The notes under the pieces were generated by a model, which was given only the letters and a program-made list of their open reading frames with translations, made no database searches and was not told where the DNA came from. Shown piece by piece: positions 49,601-62,645 of a DNA stretch of 64,000 bases (position 1 is its first letter; every line of letters begins with the position of its first letter). Origin of the DNA: Lama guanicoe (lineage: Eukaryota). Position numbers and translations under genes: made by a program. Location: positions 3,159,713 through 3,223,712 of the forward strand of contig MU057102.1 of NCBI GenBank assembly GCA_013239625.1. The letters run 5' to 3'.

Positions 49601-52600
49601 TGTGCTGTCCCCACGTATCCTGGGATCCGACTGGCTCCCAGGCCCACACCCTGATGCCCCCCAGATTTTTTCCACCCTGAGCTCTGATCTGGGCTGGGGG
49701 TGCTGGCCAGGGTGGGTGGTAGGGTACTTGCTCAAGGGAAGGAAGTGGAGTGGTCCCCATGGCCCCCAACCACCTTTCCTGCTGTTCCCATTGACTGTCT
49801 CCACCCTCACTCCCCAGGGGCCTCCCCTTCCTCCTGGGGGCCTCCCGGGTGGGCTGGTCTCTGCCTGCCCCGCCCACCAGGAGCTGGGGGCCCTCCAGTG
49901 TCTGCCTACAGGGCCACATGGGACCTCCCTGCATAATCCCCCTCCCGCTGAGAAGGAAGAGTCCAGCCTGGTCGGGACTCTGGGTGGGTACAAGCGCTGA
50001 GAAGGGAGTGTCTGGGGACACAAGAAACCACCGACTCCTCACCGGGGGACCCTGCTAGCGCCACTGGGCATTTGTGGGGGCCCTGGACCAGCCATAGCAG
50101 GACCTGGAGCTCCTCTTTGGTCTGCAAAAAGCAAGTGCCCCCAGAGGGGCTTTCACTTGTTTTAGAGCAAAGCCTGAGCGGGGAGGCCCGTGGAGGCAGG
50201 GTCAGCTCCTGGGCCCCTCACCTATCTCTCCCCCGAAGTGGACATGACATCCCCTGGGCGGGGAGGGCCAGGCCTCTGGGAGGGGCAGCTGGGACATGCC
50301 AGTGATGGTGGCCTCCCGGGCCAGGCCTGCCCGGATGGGTGGGACCACTGCCCAGGCTGAGCCAGGCTTCAGATGGGGTTTCAGGATGGGGCGGGAACTT
50401 CCTGGGATTTGGCCTTAATCAGGGCCTTGGGCAGGGGAGGTTTATCTGTGCCTCAGGCACACGTTATCTCTGGGGAAGGGGGCGGAGTGGCATCCCGACT
50501 GGGTACGGCCCTGGGGCCAAACCCAGCTGAGACGTCGTTGTGGGGGCGCACCGGGAGCCCCCGTACTGGCCTGGATAGGCCCTTCTTTCTCAGGCCTCAG
50601 CACTGCAGCCATCTCCCACTGCCCACGGACCCCCCAGCGGGGGAGGGCCCGGGCTGGCCCAGATGCTGATTGTGCCCAGTGGGCAGACTGTCCTGGCCAG
50701 CGTGGCCTCTCCTAGTCCTTGGAGCCTCCCTTAGCTGGTCCCACTACCCTGTGCCAGAGCCTGGGAGGCCCCAGACTGCAGGGGCTGACCCTCGAGGGGA
50801 GGGAACTTTCCTGAACCAGTGCCCTTGAAATCCACTTTGGGGGGATGCCTTCAAATTGAATTTCTCCCTCACTGCCCGGCATGAATGGGCTCCGGCTCGG
50901 GGCTGAAGGGGACCTGCCTCCAGCCAGGCAGTGATGGCCGAGCATGAGGAAGGCCTGAGGCCAGCAGGTCAGCTGCAGGGGGAGAGGGGGTGGGGGGAGG
51001 GTGTGGAGATGTCAGTCCTCCTCCTGGGCTGGGGCGGGTGGGTGGAGCGGGATGGGAGGGGTTTGGAGGCTCTGGGGCGGTTAGCCCGGCCTGCCTCCAT
51101 CTCTCCTGCTCAGGCCTGTCCCGGCTGGGCCTTCCCAGAACCCAGCTGCCGTGCTGGGTGGGGCGGGGGTCTGTGCCATCCACCCCCGTTCCAGCGGGGG
51201 CCCTCTTCGCAGTCCCTCGGCCCATGGGCTGAAGGCAGGCCCAGGCTGCAGGAGTCCTCAACAGAGCTGCCTCAGCGCCCCTCAACAGAGGGGGACACTA
51301 TCCCCTTCCCTCAGCCCAGGCCCAGATGTCCCAAGGTGAGCCCTTGGAGTCTTCCTCTGGGTCTTGGACTCCCCCAGTATACAGCAGGCACTCAGCAGGT
51401 CTGTCCTGGGCTGTCTCTCACCGCTTCCCCCTCATGTCTTCTGACCTAGGCTCCCTGCCACCGGCCCCCACTCTCACCTGGCACCTGCCTTCGGCCTGCA
51501 GAAGCGCCTGCCCTCCTCCCTGCCAGGGCAGCCTGGCCCCAGCCGAGCCTGGTCCCACATGCACCGTCAGCCAGTGTTTGTCAAGGGGACAGAGGGAACA
51601 GGGAATCCTTGAGTGACCGGTCCGTGGCGGGGTGGGAGGGTGCAGAGTGATGGAGTGGTGACCAGAGGAGTGGACATGGGTGCTCAGTGAGTCGCGAGGT
51701 CTCTGGAGGGCTAAGGCGGGTAGAGATGGCTGGGCGCATGCTGCGGGGTGAGTAAGTGGGTGTGGTGGGTGGGCTCGCAGGGAGGGTGGTGGGCGGATGG
51801 GCGGGCGGAGGGTGGGGGGGTGAGTCAGAGGAGGACAGGAATGGAAACGGAAGCCTGTCTCCCAGATCCTGGAGCTGCGCCCAGCGGTTTTCTGAGCTGT
51901 CAGGGAGGTGGTGAGAGTCCCAGGGGAGGGCAGGCTTGGCCTGTTTGGAGAGTGTGGCCTGCGGCACCTGCCTGGGCCAGGCAGGCCTTGGCTGGGAGAC
52001 GGCTGTTGGCACAAGCAGTGTGGGGGCCCCGGGGGAACTGGCAGGAGTCCAGAGTCCACCAGGGTCAGCTGGAGGGTCCAGCCTAGGGAGTCCTGGCCCC
52101 AGTGGGGCATCCCTCTGCCTCCCCAGCCTGGAGCAGAGCTGGGCCATCGGCAGGTGGGAGGGGTGAGCCATCAGCCTGGGGGGCCCAGCGGGGACGAGAG
52201 CCCACACTTGCCTCAGTGGGCCCCCATCACTCCCGCTCACAGCAGGCGTGAGGCCGAAGGATGATGTCACGTCTGCTGCGGGTGCCCCAGCGCCTGGCGG
52301 CAGGCTCACAGCCCAGGGGCATTGCCAGCCGGGGTGCCTTGCCCAGGGCTAGGCCAGGTCCCCACCTCAACCCTGCCAGCCTCAGGCTACCCCTGGGTCG
52401 CCGAGCAGGCGGGGCACCATCGCCTGGGGCAGCCTCAACTGACCTTTCTGTGTCCCCAGCCTCGTCCCTGGGCTGTGGCAGCCTGGCCCGGGCCAAGTGT
52501 GTGTTCCGCTCCTTTGAGGGGGCTGGTGGGGAGTCAGGCCAGGCCGGGTCACCTCTAGGGGCACTGGCTGTGGCAGAAGGTAAGGGTAACGGTGGAGCCT

Positions 52601-53629
52601 CCCCCAGGGGCAGGGCCGGAGAGGCACGGGCACCTGCCCAGGACAGAGCAAGCCCTCCATGTCCGCCTGGACGCCCAGGGATGGGCCCTCTGGCCTGTGC
52701 CTGTTTTACAGGCCGGTCATTGTGGCGCGGCGGTGGCAGGGCCAGGGGTAGCCTGAGGCACTGACTCCTCTGATTGGATGAGCTGGTTGCCCCCTAGCCC
52801 AGGCCAGCATCAGCAGGGCCAGGTGAGGGCCAGCCTGGCCTGGGTCCTGTCTACCCTCTCCCACTGCCGCTGACCCATCTGCACGCCCTCCTCACTGCCA
52901 TCACTCCCCCAGAGCCCACCCGCCCGCTCTGCCGGATGCAGGGGAGGGTGAGGGTCTCCAGGCTGACAAAGAGGCAGAAGTGAAATCTTGGCCCCTCAAG
53001 GCCCCTCACCACTCACCCATCCCCTGGCTGTCTTGCCCACTCAGGCAGTGCTGAACTGGGTGGTGGTGCAGCCAGACGGGAGAAAAAGAGGGGTCTCAGG
53101 CGGACAAGGGCTGCCATCTCCACGGAAGAGCCAGGAAGGCTGAGTGGGCAAATCTTATTAGCTGGCAGACTTCCGAAGCCCAGCCGCTGACCGCCCAGCG
53201 ACCTTCCTCATCCGCCGCCCACCCAGTGTGTGCACTGCCCTCAGGGGCTGGATCTTCCTGAGCAGGTAGAACCAGGGCCCCCAGCTGCCATCACTGTCTT
53301 TGGCCCGGTGGCGGCCATCCCGGGCCCCACGCAGCCCCTGGTCCTCACTCCTGGCTGAGAAGGCTGCTGGGCGCTTCCTTGCCTGGCAGGAGCTGAAGGT
53401 GTGTGGCCTGTTCAGCGCTGGGACCGAGGAGATGGACTTTCCCAGACAGCGTGGTCCAGGCCATCTCCTAACCCAAGGCCCCAGTGAGTGACCCGAATCC
53501 CTGGCACACTGGGCTCCTGCTGGCCCCTGCTCCGGAGTCTGGGCCAGCCCAGCCCCACAGCTCCCAGCTTGGAAGGGCCCCCAGGTCAGGGTACCGACCC
53601 CTCAGGGTCAGACTGTGTGGCCCAGCAGG

Positions 53630-53680
53630 TCCAAGCCTCAGTTTCCCCACCTGTAAAATGGAAATCATGACCAATAACAG
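53630..53680 (+). mobile_element. MIR fragment
   Basis: gcctcagtttccccacctgtaaaatggaaatcatg. Confidence 0.7.
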
Positions 53681-56600
53681 CCACTCCCATACTGGCGGTG
53701 AACTGGGCAGTGAACCCTGTGCCACAGGGGCCACTGTCACCCTAGAGGGGGCCTGTCCTGTCCTCTCTTCCTCCCGCCAGCCTGGGGCCCAGCACGGAGC
53801 GGCTGTCAACGGGGTCCCCATCTGGAAACGATTGTGCTCGTGGCCCTCAAAGATATAATTAAAACATATTGGGTTTTTATGCTCCTTCCTTGGCTAGGGA
53901 GGAATCCAGGCTGGTTTTGAAACCGGATCGCTCTGACGCTGGGCCTGGGAGTGTCACTGTCCCGTGTGGGCTGCCTCCACGGCCTGCCTCAAAGCACCCG
54001 TTGAGCCACTGAGGCCGCGGGCCATGGCTTCACTGCCCCCCACCCTGCCTCCTGCCCTGGTCCTGAGCCGTTCTGTCCACGTTGGGGCAGCTTCTGTGCT
54101 GGTTGTTCCCAGGCCACAGGCAATGATCCAGCTGCCGGTGGGAGCCTCGCTCCTCCCCTCAGGGTCTCCTGCTGAGTGGTGGGCAGTGGGACCCCAGCTT
54201 GGTCCTGCCCCTCCTCCCCTGGGAGCACCTTCTCCCTCCTCCTTCCTCATCCTCCAGACCTCGCCTCCGCCGGGAAACTTCCCTGGCTGGTGACCCATTG
54301 CAGGACGAGGGTCCCCCTCTCCCGAACAGCCCCTCGGTGAAATTAAAGGGTCATTCTGGCCCCCAAGGAGGGTGTGGCCCAGGGAGATGTGGGGTGAGAG
54401 GCACCTCAGAGGCTCGCCTGCCCACCAAGGCCAGCCCCCGCCGTGGGGCCTCTGTCAGACCACGGGCTCAAGGGTCCAGGAGCTGATAAGAGCTGCCCAA
54501 TGAAGCCTCAGGAACAGGTGGCTTCTGCTGGTGGAGCCCAAGGGAGCAAGTGTCGGGTGGGTGCTGGCTGGGCTCCTCCTCCTCCGGGGAGCCCTCCTTA
54601 CCTCCCCCTCAGCCTGCAGAGAGCTCAGCTTCCCCTGAGGGGCTCAAGGTAAGCACAGGCCCTGGTTCTGCCTTCCTCCTCTCCCTGGCCTGAGCTGACA
54701 CTGCATAGGGGTGACCCTGAGAACATCAGGAGAGTCCTGCTCACAGCAGCTGCTGCTCCTGTCACCGCAGGGCCCAAAGCAGCACAGCCTCCCAGGGAGG
54801 GGATGGGCAGCAAGGATCTGGGCCCCCCAGAAACCTGGCCCAGGGATCATGGTGCGGGCCCCAGGTTGGGTAGCTCGGCCTCTCTCCAGCTGCCTGTTCA
54901 GCTCGGAACATGTGACAGGCTCAGCCCGGCTGTGCCCCCTGCCCACCCCTGGCAGCAGGACCTGAGGCTCTAACTGTTGGGAGGAGCCCTGGGGCAAGCA
55001 GCGTGTTGCTCATTGCCAGGGAGAGCAGGCTGGACACGGCTGGGACCAGTGGCCTCTCCAGGCTTGGGCTGGGGTGGCACACCAGCTCTGTTGTGGGCTT
55101 AGCACCAGCCCTTTGTCCGAACGTATGGAGGCTCAGAGACCCTCAGCCAACTGCATCAGTCTTGCTCCCACCATGCCTCCCCCAGCCCGACGCCAGAGCC
55201 CACAGACTTGACCCCGGTGTCCCCACCGCCCTCCCAGCACCTCCCGCGGGCTGGGCCCAGTGGTCACCATCCCTGCCATCGGCCCTCTGAGAACTTCCTC
55301 ATCCCACACTGGGCCTCCCTGAGGCTGGCTGCATCTCTGGACTGGGATCCCTAGGCCGGGTGCCTGCCCTGGGGCCAGCCTGCAGGTGACCTCCCCTCCC
55401 TGCCCTCTCTTCCACGTCCCCTGTTGTGGGACCTTCCCTGAGCCTCACTCTCTCAGAATCTCAGAGTGGAAAGTGGGGAAGGTGACTTCTCAGGCTGAGG
55501 GGCAGGGGGCACCAGCGGCCAGGGGGGCAGTGTGAACTTTTCTGGGAGGGGCTCCTCTGAGAACCCCAGCTCCCAGCAGGTGGGGCTCTGGCCAGGCTTG
55601 GAGCAGGGCTCAGCGAGGGGGCAGGCACAGATTCTGGGTGGGTGGACTGGAGGCAGGAGCAGGGGACACAGCTGGCCTGGGGCCTTTTTCCTTTCACCAT
55701 CGCTGGTTTAGAGAGACCTTATGACCACCTGTGAGAGGTCAGTGGCCTGGGGACTTTGATGTGAGGATGGGGCCCAGAGCCTGGCCACCAGAGTGGGGAC
55801 AGATAGAGAGACAAGCCTTGGCTTGCCACGTCCCTGGCTCCTGTCACCTCTGCCTCCTGCTCTGTTCAGGCTAAGCCCCTGCCCGGGTCCTGACTCACCG
55901 GTCTCCCCCTGGCCTGGCATCTGGTGAGGCCCAAGGCACCTCTTCCAGGAAGCCAGCCTCAGCTGTCCCTGGCCGGGAAAGGGGCGTGTCACACTGGGCC
56001 TGATGGGGCACTCGGGCCCAGACAAGCCTGGGCTCGGGGCAAGGACACATTCCTGCTCTCTGAGCCCGTGGGGAGGGGGTTCCCAGAAGCGCTGAGGAGG
56101 CCTGGCCGGCAGCCCGCCGGAAGAGCCCCTGGCACTTCCTGCTTGGTGAGAGAGAAACACGGCAACAACACGGCCTCTACTGCCGGCCCTCGCCGACCTC
56201 CCTCTGCCCAGGCTGGGGGCTGGCCTCAGATCCGACCAGACAAGGCCCAGCCCCTGGCCGACCCTGCCCCTGGCGCGGCTGGCATCCCGTCACTGCGTCC
56301 TCTGGTGCCACCGAGCCCATGCTGTGCCCCCGCCCACTGTGCCCACCAGCTGCCCTGCTGTCCTCGGCATCTCCGTCAGGGCCATGCTCTGGTTGTCACC
56401 GTCCACAGGAGGACACAGGTTCAGGACCCTCTCCAGGAGGCAGAGGAGGGTGGATGATCAGGGCAGGGTGGGGAGAGGGCTGTGGGACCTCGGGTGGGCA
56501 AGTCTTGTTGCCTGTGGGGTGGGGTCCCGCCGTGGCCTGCCCTGCTGAGGGGGTGAGATGAGATCACGCTCCTGGCGGGTGAGCCAGCACCTGGTGTGGG

Positions 56601-58179
56601 GAGCGCGCCCGGAGGAAGCAGCACAGTGGGCACGTTGGGGCGGGTGCGGAGCTGGCACACCCACCTGGCCCTGCGCCTGGGTGCGGCCTCCCCAGGGGAC
56701 ACAGCGACCTCGGTGGCCGAGAGGCGGGACTTCAGACACCAACCACGTCTGAAGTCTCCTTTAGAAGAGAGGCCCCTGCCTGGCAATGCCCACTCCTCCA
56801 GAAAGCCCCTGGCCGCCAGGCTGGCCCACATGGGGCCCCCTACGGGGATGAGGGGTGAGCCTGGTCCCAAGGCCTGGGCCTTTTGGCGTGGGGTGGCCAC
56901 AGCCTGGCACTGAGCCCACTGCTCTGTAGGCAGCTGACCTGTTTCTCTCCCTTTGCTTCTCAGGGGCTCGGCAGCCTCCGTGTGAACGGAACCCTGCAGC
57001 GTGCCTTTGAGGGCGTGCAGTAAAGTTGGTGACTGCCGCTGCTCCGGAGGAGCTGGACTCACGGTGGCTGAGGGGATGGGGCGGTCTTTGTCTCTTTTTT
57101 TGAAACCTGGAGATCCAGGTTCTCCAGATGCCAGGCTCTGGGGGCGGGAGGGGCGCCTTGCGGGTGAGTAGCCCTGACACCCAGCTCTGAGAGCCCAGTG
57201 CCCGGGCAATGAGGTGTGAGCCTCCAGGTGGATGTAGAGAGTGAGCAGGGCTGTGTGACTGAGGGACTGAGAGCAAACAGCGGGCCCCTGGTGCGACAGG
57301 AAGGCTCAGAGGAGCCCTGCCATCTAGGTCCCGCCCCGGCTCAGCTCTGTGTGTGAGCCGCCCGAGGGCTGGACGCAGGGCGTGGGGACACGATGCTGGG
57401 CCACCCTGGCCATGTGTTTCTGATTCCCTGCTGCCTCCCCAGCGTGGTGCTTGTGCAAGATGTGCCCCTTCCCTTGGTGCGAGAGGACTCACCCTGCAGC
57501 CTCAGCCCATGGGGGTGGGGGGCAGCTGGACCCCGGTGGGAGGCTGCCTTCCAGGCCCAAAGGAGCCTGAGGGTCGCTGGCTCCTGACAGCTGGGCGGCA
57601 CAGAGAGGGAGAGGGTCCCGCGCGTGTTTCCAGAGCACAGACAGAGCCGGGCCAGTCGAACTGCTGGCCTCCCAGGGCTGACCCTCCCCACCACCTGCCC
57701 ACTGGGGAGCGGCTGGGTCATTTGGGGCTAGGGGAGCCTGCACCCTGTTTTCAGGCCTTGCTGGGGCTTGGGGCCAGCCCCCTCTCTGGGTCAGTGTCCC
57801 CTGACCCTGTCCCCTCCCCTATGCTGCCTGCTGTTCTGGCCTCCAATGCGTCAGAGACCCTGGAGCTCTTGCCCAGCCAGCTCCTGTGGTGTGAGTGCCC
57901 CGCCGAAGACGCGTGACAGCTGCGGGCGCGCCTCCATGGCCTGCAGGGCCTGGGGCAGGGGGCGCAGTGGAGAAGCGCTGCACCTTCCTGGTTGGAGCCC
58001 CACAAGAGGCACCGCACCCTTTCCTCCCTGCTCTCCGCCCCTCCCCTGTGGCACTGTCACCTCTCGACATGTTCTGTGTTGGCTTGTTTATCCCTTCAGT
58101 CTCCGCTCCCCCCACCCCACCCTAGCCAGAGAGTTGGCTCCAGCAGGGCAGGGACTGGACGGGTCTGTCCCCGGCTGAC

Positions 58180-58252
58180 CCCAGGGCCTAGAACAAAGCT
58201 TGGAACAGACAGGGTGCTCAGCATACGTCTGTCGTGTGAATGAATGAATGAC
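58180..58252 (+). mobile_element. L2 3' end
   Basis: cagggcctagaaca...cttggaacagacagggtgctcagcatacgtctgtcgtgtgaatgaatgaatga. Confidence 0.7.
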
Positions 58253-58870
58253 CCAGCGTGTGGCGCTGTCTTCGAGTCTCAGGGTCCCGCTCCTCATGAC
58301 TGACGGGGCGTCGGGCTTGGTGCTGGCGGGGGTCTGCTGCCTCCTGGATCTGTCTCCTGGCGTGGGCCCTGGGAGCTGAGAGCAGACAGCTCTGGGCAGG
58401 GCAGAGGGCAGGGCAGGCCTGAGGTCACCCCGATGGAAGCCCTGGGGCCCCTTCGCTGCCGTGTCCCCACAGGCCGCGTGACAAGACAGTGCGGTTCCCC
58501 CGAGGCACTGCCTGTGGCTCGTGGCCCTGCCGCCCGGTTGGTGGGGGGGGTCACCCACCAGGCTGGGCACACCCGGGAAAGGGTGCCCCCTGGTGGGACC
58601 CTTCCAGCTTGCTTTAACCCCAGCACTGCCCTAGCCCTCTGGCTCTCTGACACTCTGCAGGACCCCCACCTTCCCTCCCAAGACCCCTCCCAGATTTTGC
58701 CCACTGAGTGGCGCCTGCCAGAACAGGCTCTCAGGCAGGTCCGGTCCGGCCCCTACGAGTGGACAGACGAAGACCCAGTGGGCAGACAGCAGCCCAGGCC
58801 AGTGTCGCGCCCGCCCGTCCACCTGCCAGCACCCAAGGCAGCCACCCTGCCCCACTCAGGAGCCCTTTCT

Positions 58871-59005
58871 TTTTATAAGGGGGGAGGTAGATAGGTTTAT
58901 TTATTTATTTTCTTCTGTGTTTATATTTAGAGGAGGCCCCGGGGACTGAACCGGGGCCTCCTGCATGCTGAGCACGCGCTCTGCCGCAGAGCTGCATCCT
59001 TCCCC
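58871..59005 (-). mobile_element. tRNA-Ala-derived SINE resembling camelid vic-1
   Basis: Minus strand: GGGGAAGGATGCAGCTCTGCGGCAGAGCGCGTGCTCAGCATGCAGGAGGCCCCGGTTCAGTCCCCGG (A box, AGC anticodon arm, B box), then (AAAT)n-AAACCTATCTACCTCCCCC and an A-tail. Degenerate TSD caggagccctttct / cagagcaccttct. Confidence 0.8.
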
Positions 59006-59269
59006 CAGAGCACCTTCTGTCCAGACTCAGAGGCCGATGCTCAGTGTCTCACGTTGTCTGTTGTCCACCCCCGTCTCGGCTCCACAGCCAGGCCTGGTCA
59101 GCACCTGCTTGACTCAGGAGTGGACACGGAGGGGTGGACGGACAGGCAGCCGGTGTACGAGGAAGGGGGACAGGAGGGGGACAGTCTTCCAGCAGGGTGG
59201 GGCCTTAGAGGACACCACCTGTGGGGGCCTGGCCATTGCCTCACCGGGCACAGCCCCGCTCCCTCCCTC

Positions 59270-59480
59270 CCTCGTTCACGCACTCATTCACTCCTTCACT
59301 CACTCGCTCACTCACTGCCTCTCATCCCACCCACTGTCTGCAAGAGGCGTGACTCCTCACCTTACTTCCTGCCCTAGAGCCAGGGGGCCTGAGGGAGGCC
59401 TTTGGTGCCCGCAATCCCATTCATCCATTCACTCTACGAACACCTGTGTACTGTCCAGATTGCTGGGTGCCCAGCACCAG
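59270..59480 (-). mobile_element. L2 3'-end-like (TCAC/TCAT)n fragments
   Basis: cactcattcactccttcactcactcgctcactcac and cattcatccattcactctacgaacacctgtgtactgtccag. Confidence 0.5.
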
Positions 59481-60979
59481 GTTTGGAACAAGGGATGTTT
59501 CTCCGAGGAGTCCGGCCACTCTGGAAGCCTTATGGAAGTGAGGGCCACTGTGTGCCTCGGGGGCCTAGCTGGTGGTTCAGAGGCCAGAGTGCAGTGTCCG
59601 CCTCACCACAGGGCAGCCCAGAAAATCACTGGACTGGACAAGGCCTGGACTGGGGAGGGAGGGCCTGGGCTCTGCTGTAGACCCGTCTCGCAGCCCCACG
59701 CCGGCTTGTTCAGACCCTCAGTGGCGATGGTGCCAGCCCCGTACCCTCCCTGGGCCCGGGCCCGGCCGTTCACAAGCTGGAGAGGGCCTGGGCCATGCAC
59801 AAGGGTCTAAAGGATGGAGGGACACCGTGAAAGGGGAAGATCAGCACCCCCCAAGACTTGGCAGGGCACAAAAGGGGGTGGCCCCTCGACTCCCACAGTG
59901 GTGTGGAGGGGAGGGGCCGGTCTGGATCGCTCTGAGGACACGGTCACTGCTCAGCCAGCCTCAGACTGGCTCAGCAATGCCCCCTGCGGGCCGCTGGACT
60001 CAATGGCTTCTGCGCAGCCCCAGCAGTCTGGGTCAGGGCGCGTGGGGGTCGGAGTACCTGGGTGGGGTCAGGAGAGCTGGGGCTGGGCCAGGGCTGGGGG
60101 TAGTACAGGCCGCCTGGGGTCTGGGGTCTGGGGAGTGGAGGCCGCTCGGGGCCAGGGCCAGGATGTGCATGCCTGTCCCCACACGCACAGCCCCTGCAGG
60201 CGCAGGCGTGCGCCCCCTCACGACACACACCACACAGCCCCGGAGGATGGCTTCAGCTGAGTGAGGACGCTCCTCCTCTGGCCTGGTCCTGCCCAGAGGG
60301 GCCAGCTGTTCCACAGTGTGCCCCCACTTCCTGAGTGTGTGGTGGTCTGCTGGGCCCTCTGTCTAGGACCCCTGGGAGGACACAGGAGCATGAACCCAGG
60401 CACCGGGGCAGCCCAAGGGGTCAGTGAGGGAGCGCAGAGTCTGGGCCTGCATGCCGGGTCACCGAGGCACGCACGGCACAGATGCCCCCGGGGAAGGACC
60501 CACGGATGGGATGGCAGTGCCAGAAAAGACTTCCAGGCGCCTGCTTGGCCTGGCAGCACCTCCCGTTGGCTTGGACCATGAGGGACTGATGTGGGTCTGG
60601 GGTCCAGCCTGGGCTGGGGCAGTTGTGAGGGGAGGCAGCTCTGGGTTCCAGGGAAACTGGGGGTGACCTGCAGGGGGGAGGGCCGGTATTGGATGGGGGC
60701 CTGGAGAGTGGGCTCGGCAAGGGGTCCCTGCATTCCCGTCCCTGTCAGGAGCTTGGCCACGTGGCTGACAGCGGCTGGCCACAGAGAGCCATAACCGAGA
60801 CATGAGGATGCTACTGGCACCCCTCAGCCCACTGAGAGGGCCAAAAGCAGCCCAGGGTGGCCCGAGATGGACCCTCTGAGAGGCCCGGCCTTCTCCGGGT
60901 GGGATGCCCGCTCAGGGTGGGGGTGGTCACAGCTGCAGGGGGACAGTGGGCAGTGGGTGGCCTTGGGCCAGGCAGCCCT

Positions 60980-61341
60980 AGTCCTGTCGACGCAGGCTGC
61001 TGTGACAAAGTACCACAGCCTGGGCCTTAAACAACAGTCATTTATCTTCTCACAGTCCTGGAGGAAGTCTGAGCTCAGGGTGGAGACCAGCTTGCTTCAG
61101 GGTGAGGGCCCGCTCCTGGCCTGCAGACGGCCGCCTTCTTGCTGGGCCCTCACAGTGGAGGCAGAGGAGGTCTGTTCTCTTCCTTTTCCTGTAAGGACAT
61201 TAACTCCATCATGGGGACCCCACACTCACGACCCCATCCAACCCTAATCACCTCCCAAAGGCCCCACCTCCTGATAGCATCACCCTGGGGCTAGGGTTTC
61301 AGCACATGAATTTTGGGGGGACACACATCTGTTCTGTAACA
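60980..61341 (-). mobile_element. MaLR solo LTR (MLT1A-like)
   Basis: ggctgctgtgacaaagtaccacag...ttaaacaacag...ctcacagtcctggagg...aatcacctcccaaaggccccacctcctgat...atgaattttgggggacacac, typical of MLT1A in reverse. Confidence 0.85.
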
Positions 61342-62539
61342 GTAAGAAGCCAGGTTCCCGCCATGCCATGGGGAGGGTTCAGTGTCTGGGAGGCAGCCTC
61401 TGGGAGGCTTGGTCCACGAGGCCTCTGCTGCCGCCATTCCCATAATTCCCCCTGCTCAGCTAAGAGGACGAGGAGATGGCCCCAGGACAGCTCTGTTTCC
61501 CCACGTCCCCATCCTGGTAGGAGGTCCCCTGGCTTGGTGGTGACGATGTGCAGGGAGCCCAGGGGTGCGGAAGACTAGGCCTGCGGCTGCATGCCCAGCT
61601 CAGGTCGTGTTTACCCTTGGAAGGCCAGTGCCAGGGCCCCCACCCGGCCTCGTGGCCCCAAGTTAACTTGGGCTCCAGGATAAACACCCATTCAGCCGCA
61701 CAAGGCCCCTTTGTCCAGAGAGAGGCTCCCGGCCCAGGATGCTGCCCGGCGGCCTGTGTCCTCAGTATGGCCGGCCGCCCCTCGTGGCCTCTGGGCAGAC
61801 TCCTGGCCTGGCTCAGAGAGGCCCCGGCTGGGGACAGGGCCCCAGGCAGCTCTTGGAGTGGCCAGAGAGGCCAGGCTGAGCCAGGTGAGGAGGATGCCTC
61901 TCCAGGCCCCTCCAGAGCAGCCCGGAGCCTGCAAGGAGAAGCGGGGGCACACCTGCAGGGAGCTGAGGACACCACCGCCCCGAGCCGCAGAGCAGCTGGT
62001 CAGCTTGGAGGCGGCAGCCCTCGCCCGTCTGCCCAGGCAGGAGAGGGGTGCCCACACCCTGTGCCCTGCAGGGCCTCCCCAGCCGTTAGTCGCTGGTCCC
62101 TGCGGCCTTAGTTTCCCCACCTGTGAAGTGGGCCTCAGCAGGACTTTGAGGTCCCTCAGCTCCTGAGCTCCTCCTGGGTGGGAGTGATGTGTAGGGTACC
62201 CATCCAAGGGCTGAAAGGGGGCCGGTCCCTGTGCAGGGGAGGGGGTGAGAGAGACTCTTGTCCAGGGACAGGGGTGGGGCTGACATTGGCGTGGGAGCCG
62301 GGAGCGGGGCACCAGGTTTGGGGCAGGCTTGGGGTCTGCACAGTGAGGGCAGGAGCCTGCATCACTCCAGGGAGGGGGTCCAGCGTGATGAGGAATCCCA
62401 GACCCCTGGCCAGTGGCCAGCCTGCCTGCCAGGAGGAGACTGAGGGTAGCCTCTGCGTAGGCCTTCAGGGCCACCAGCCTCCTTCCTAAAGAGGGCCCAT
62501 GGCCTGGGGCTGGCCTGGTGGGAGGTTCTGGCCCAGCCC

Positions 62540-62645
62540 AGGGGCTTGGCCCTTACACTGGGAGCTGGTAGCCATGGCAGTTTCTTGAGCACAGGAGGGA
62601 CATGCTTGACTTTGGTTGTTGTAAAATGACTGTGGCAGCTGTACC
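62540..62645 (-). mobile_element. L2 internal fragment
   Basis: agccatggcagtttcttgagcacaggagggacatgcttgactttggttgttgtaaaatgactgtggcagctgt. Confidence 0.55.

Noticed and set aside
58930-59005. Functional tRNA-Ala gene
   Set aside because: The A and B boxes are mutated, and an AT-rich tail, poly(A) and TSD follow, so this is a SINE.
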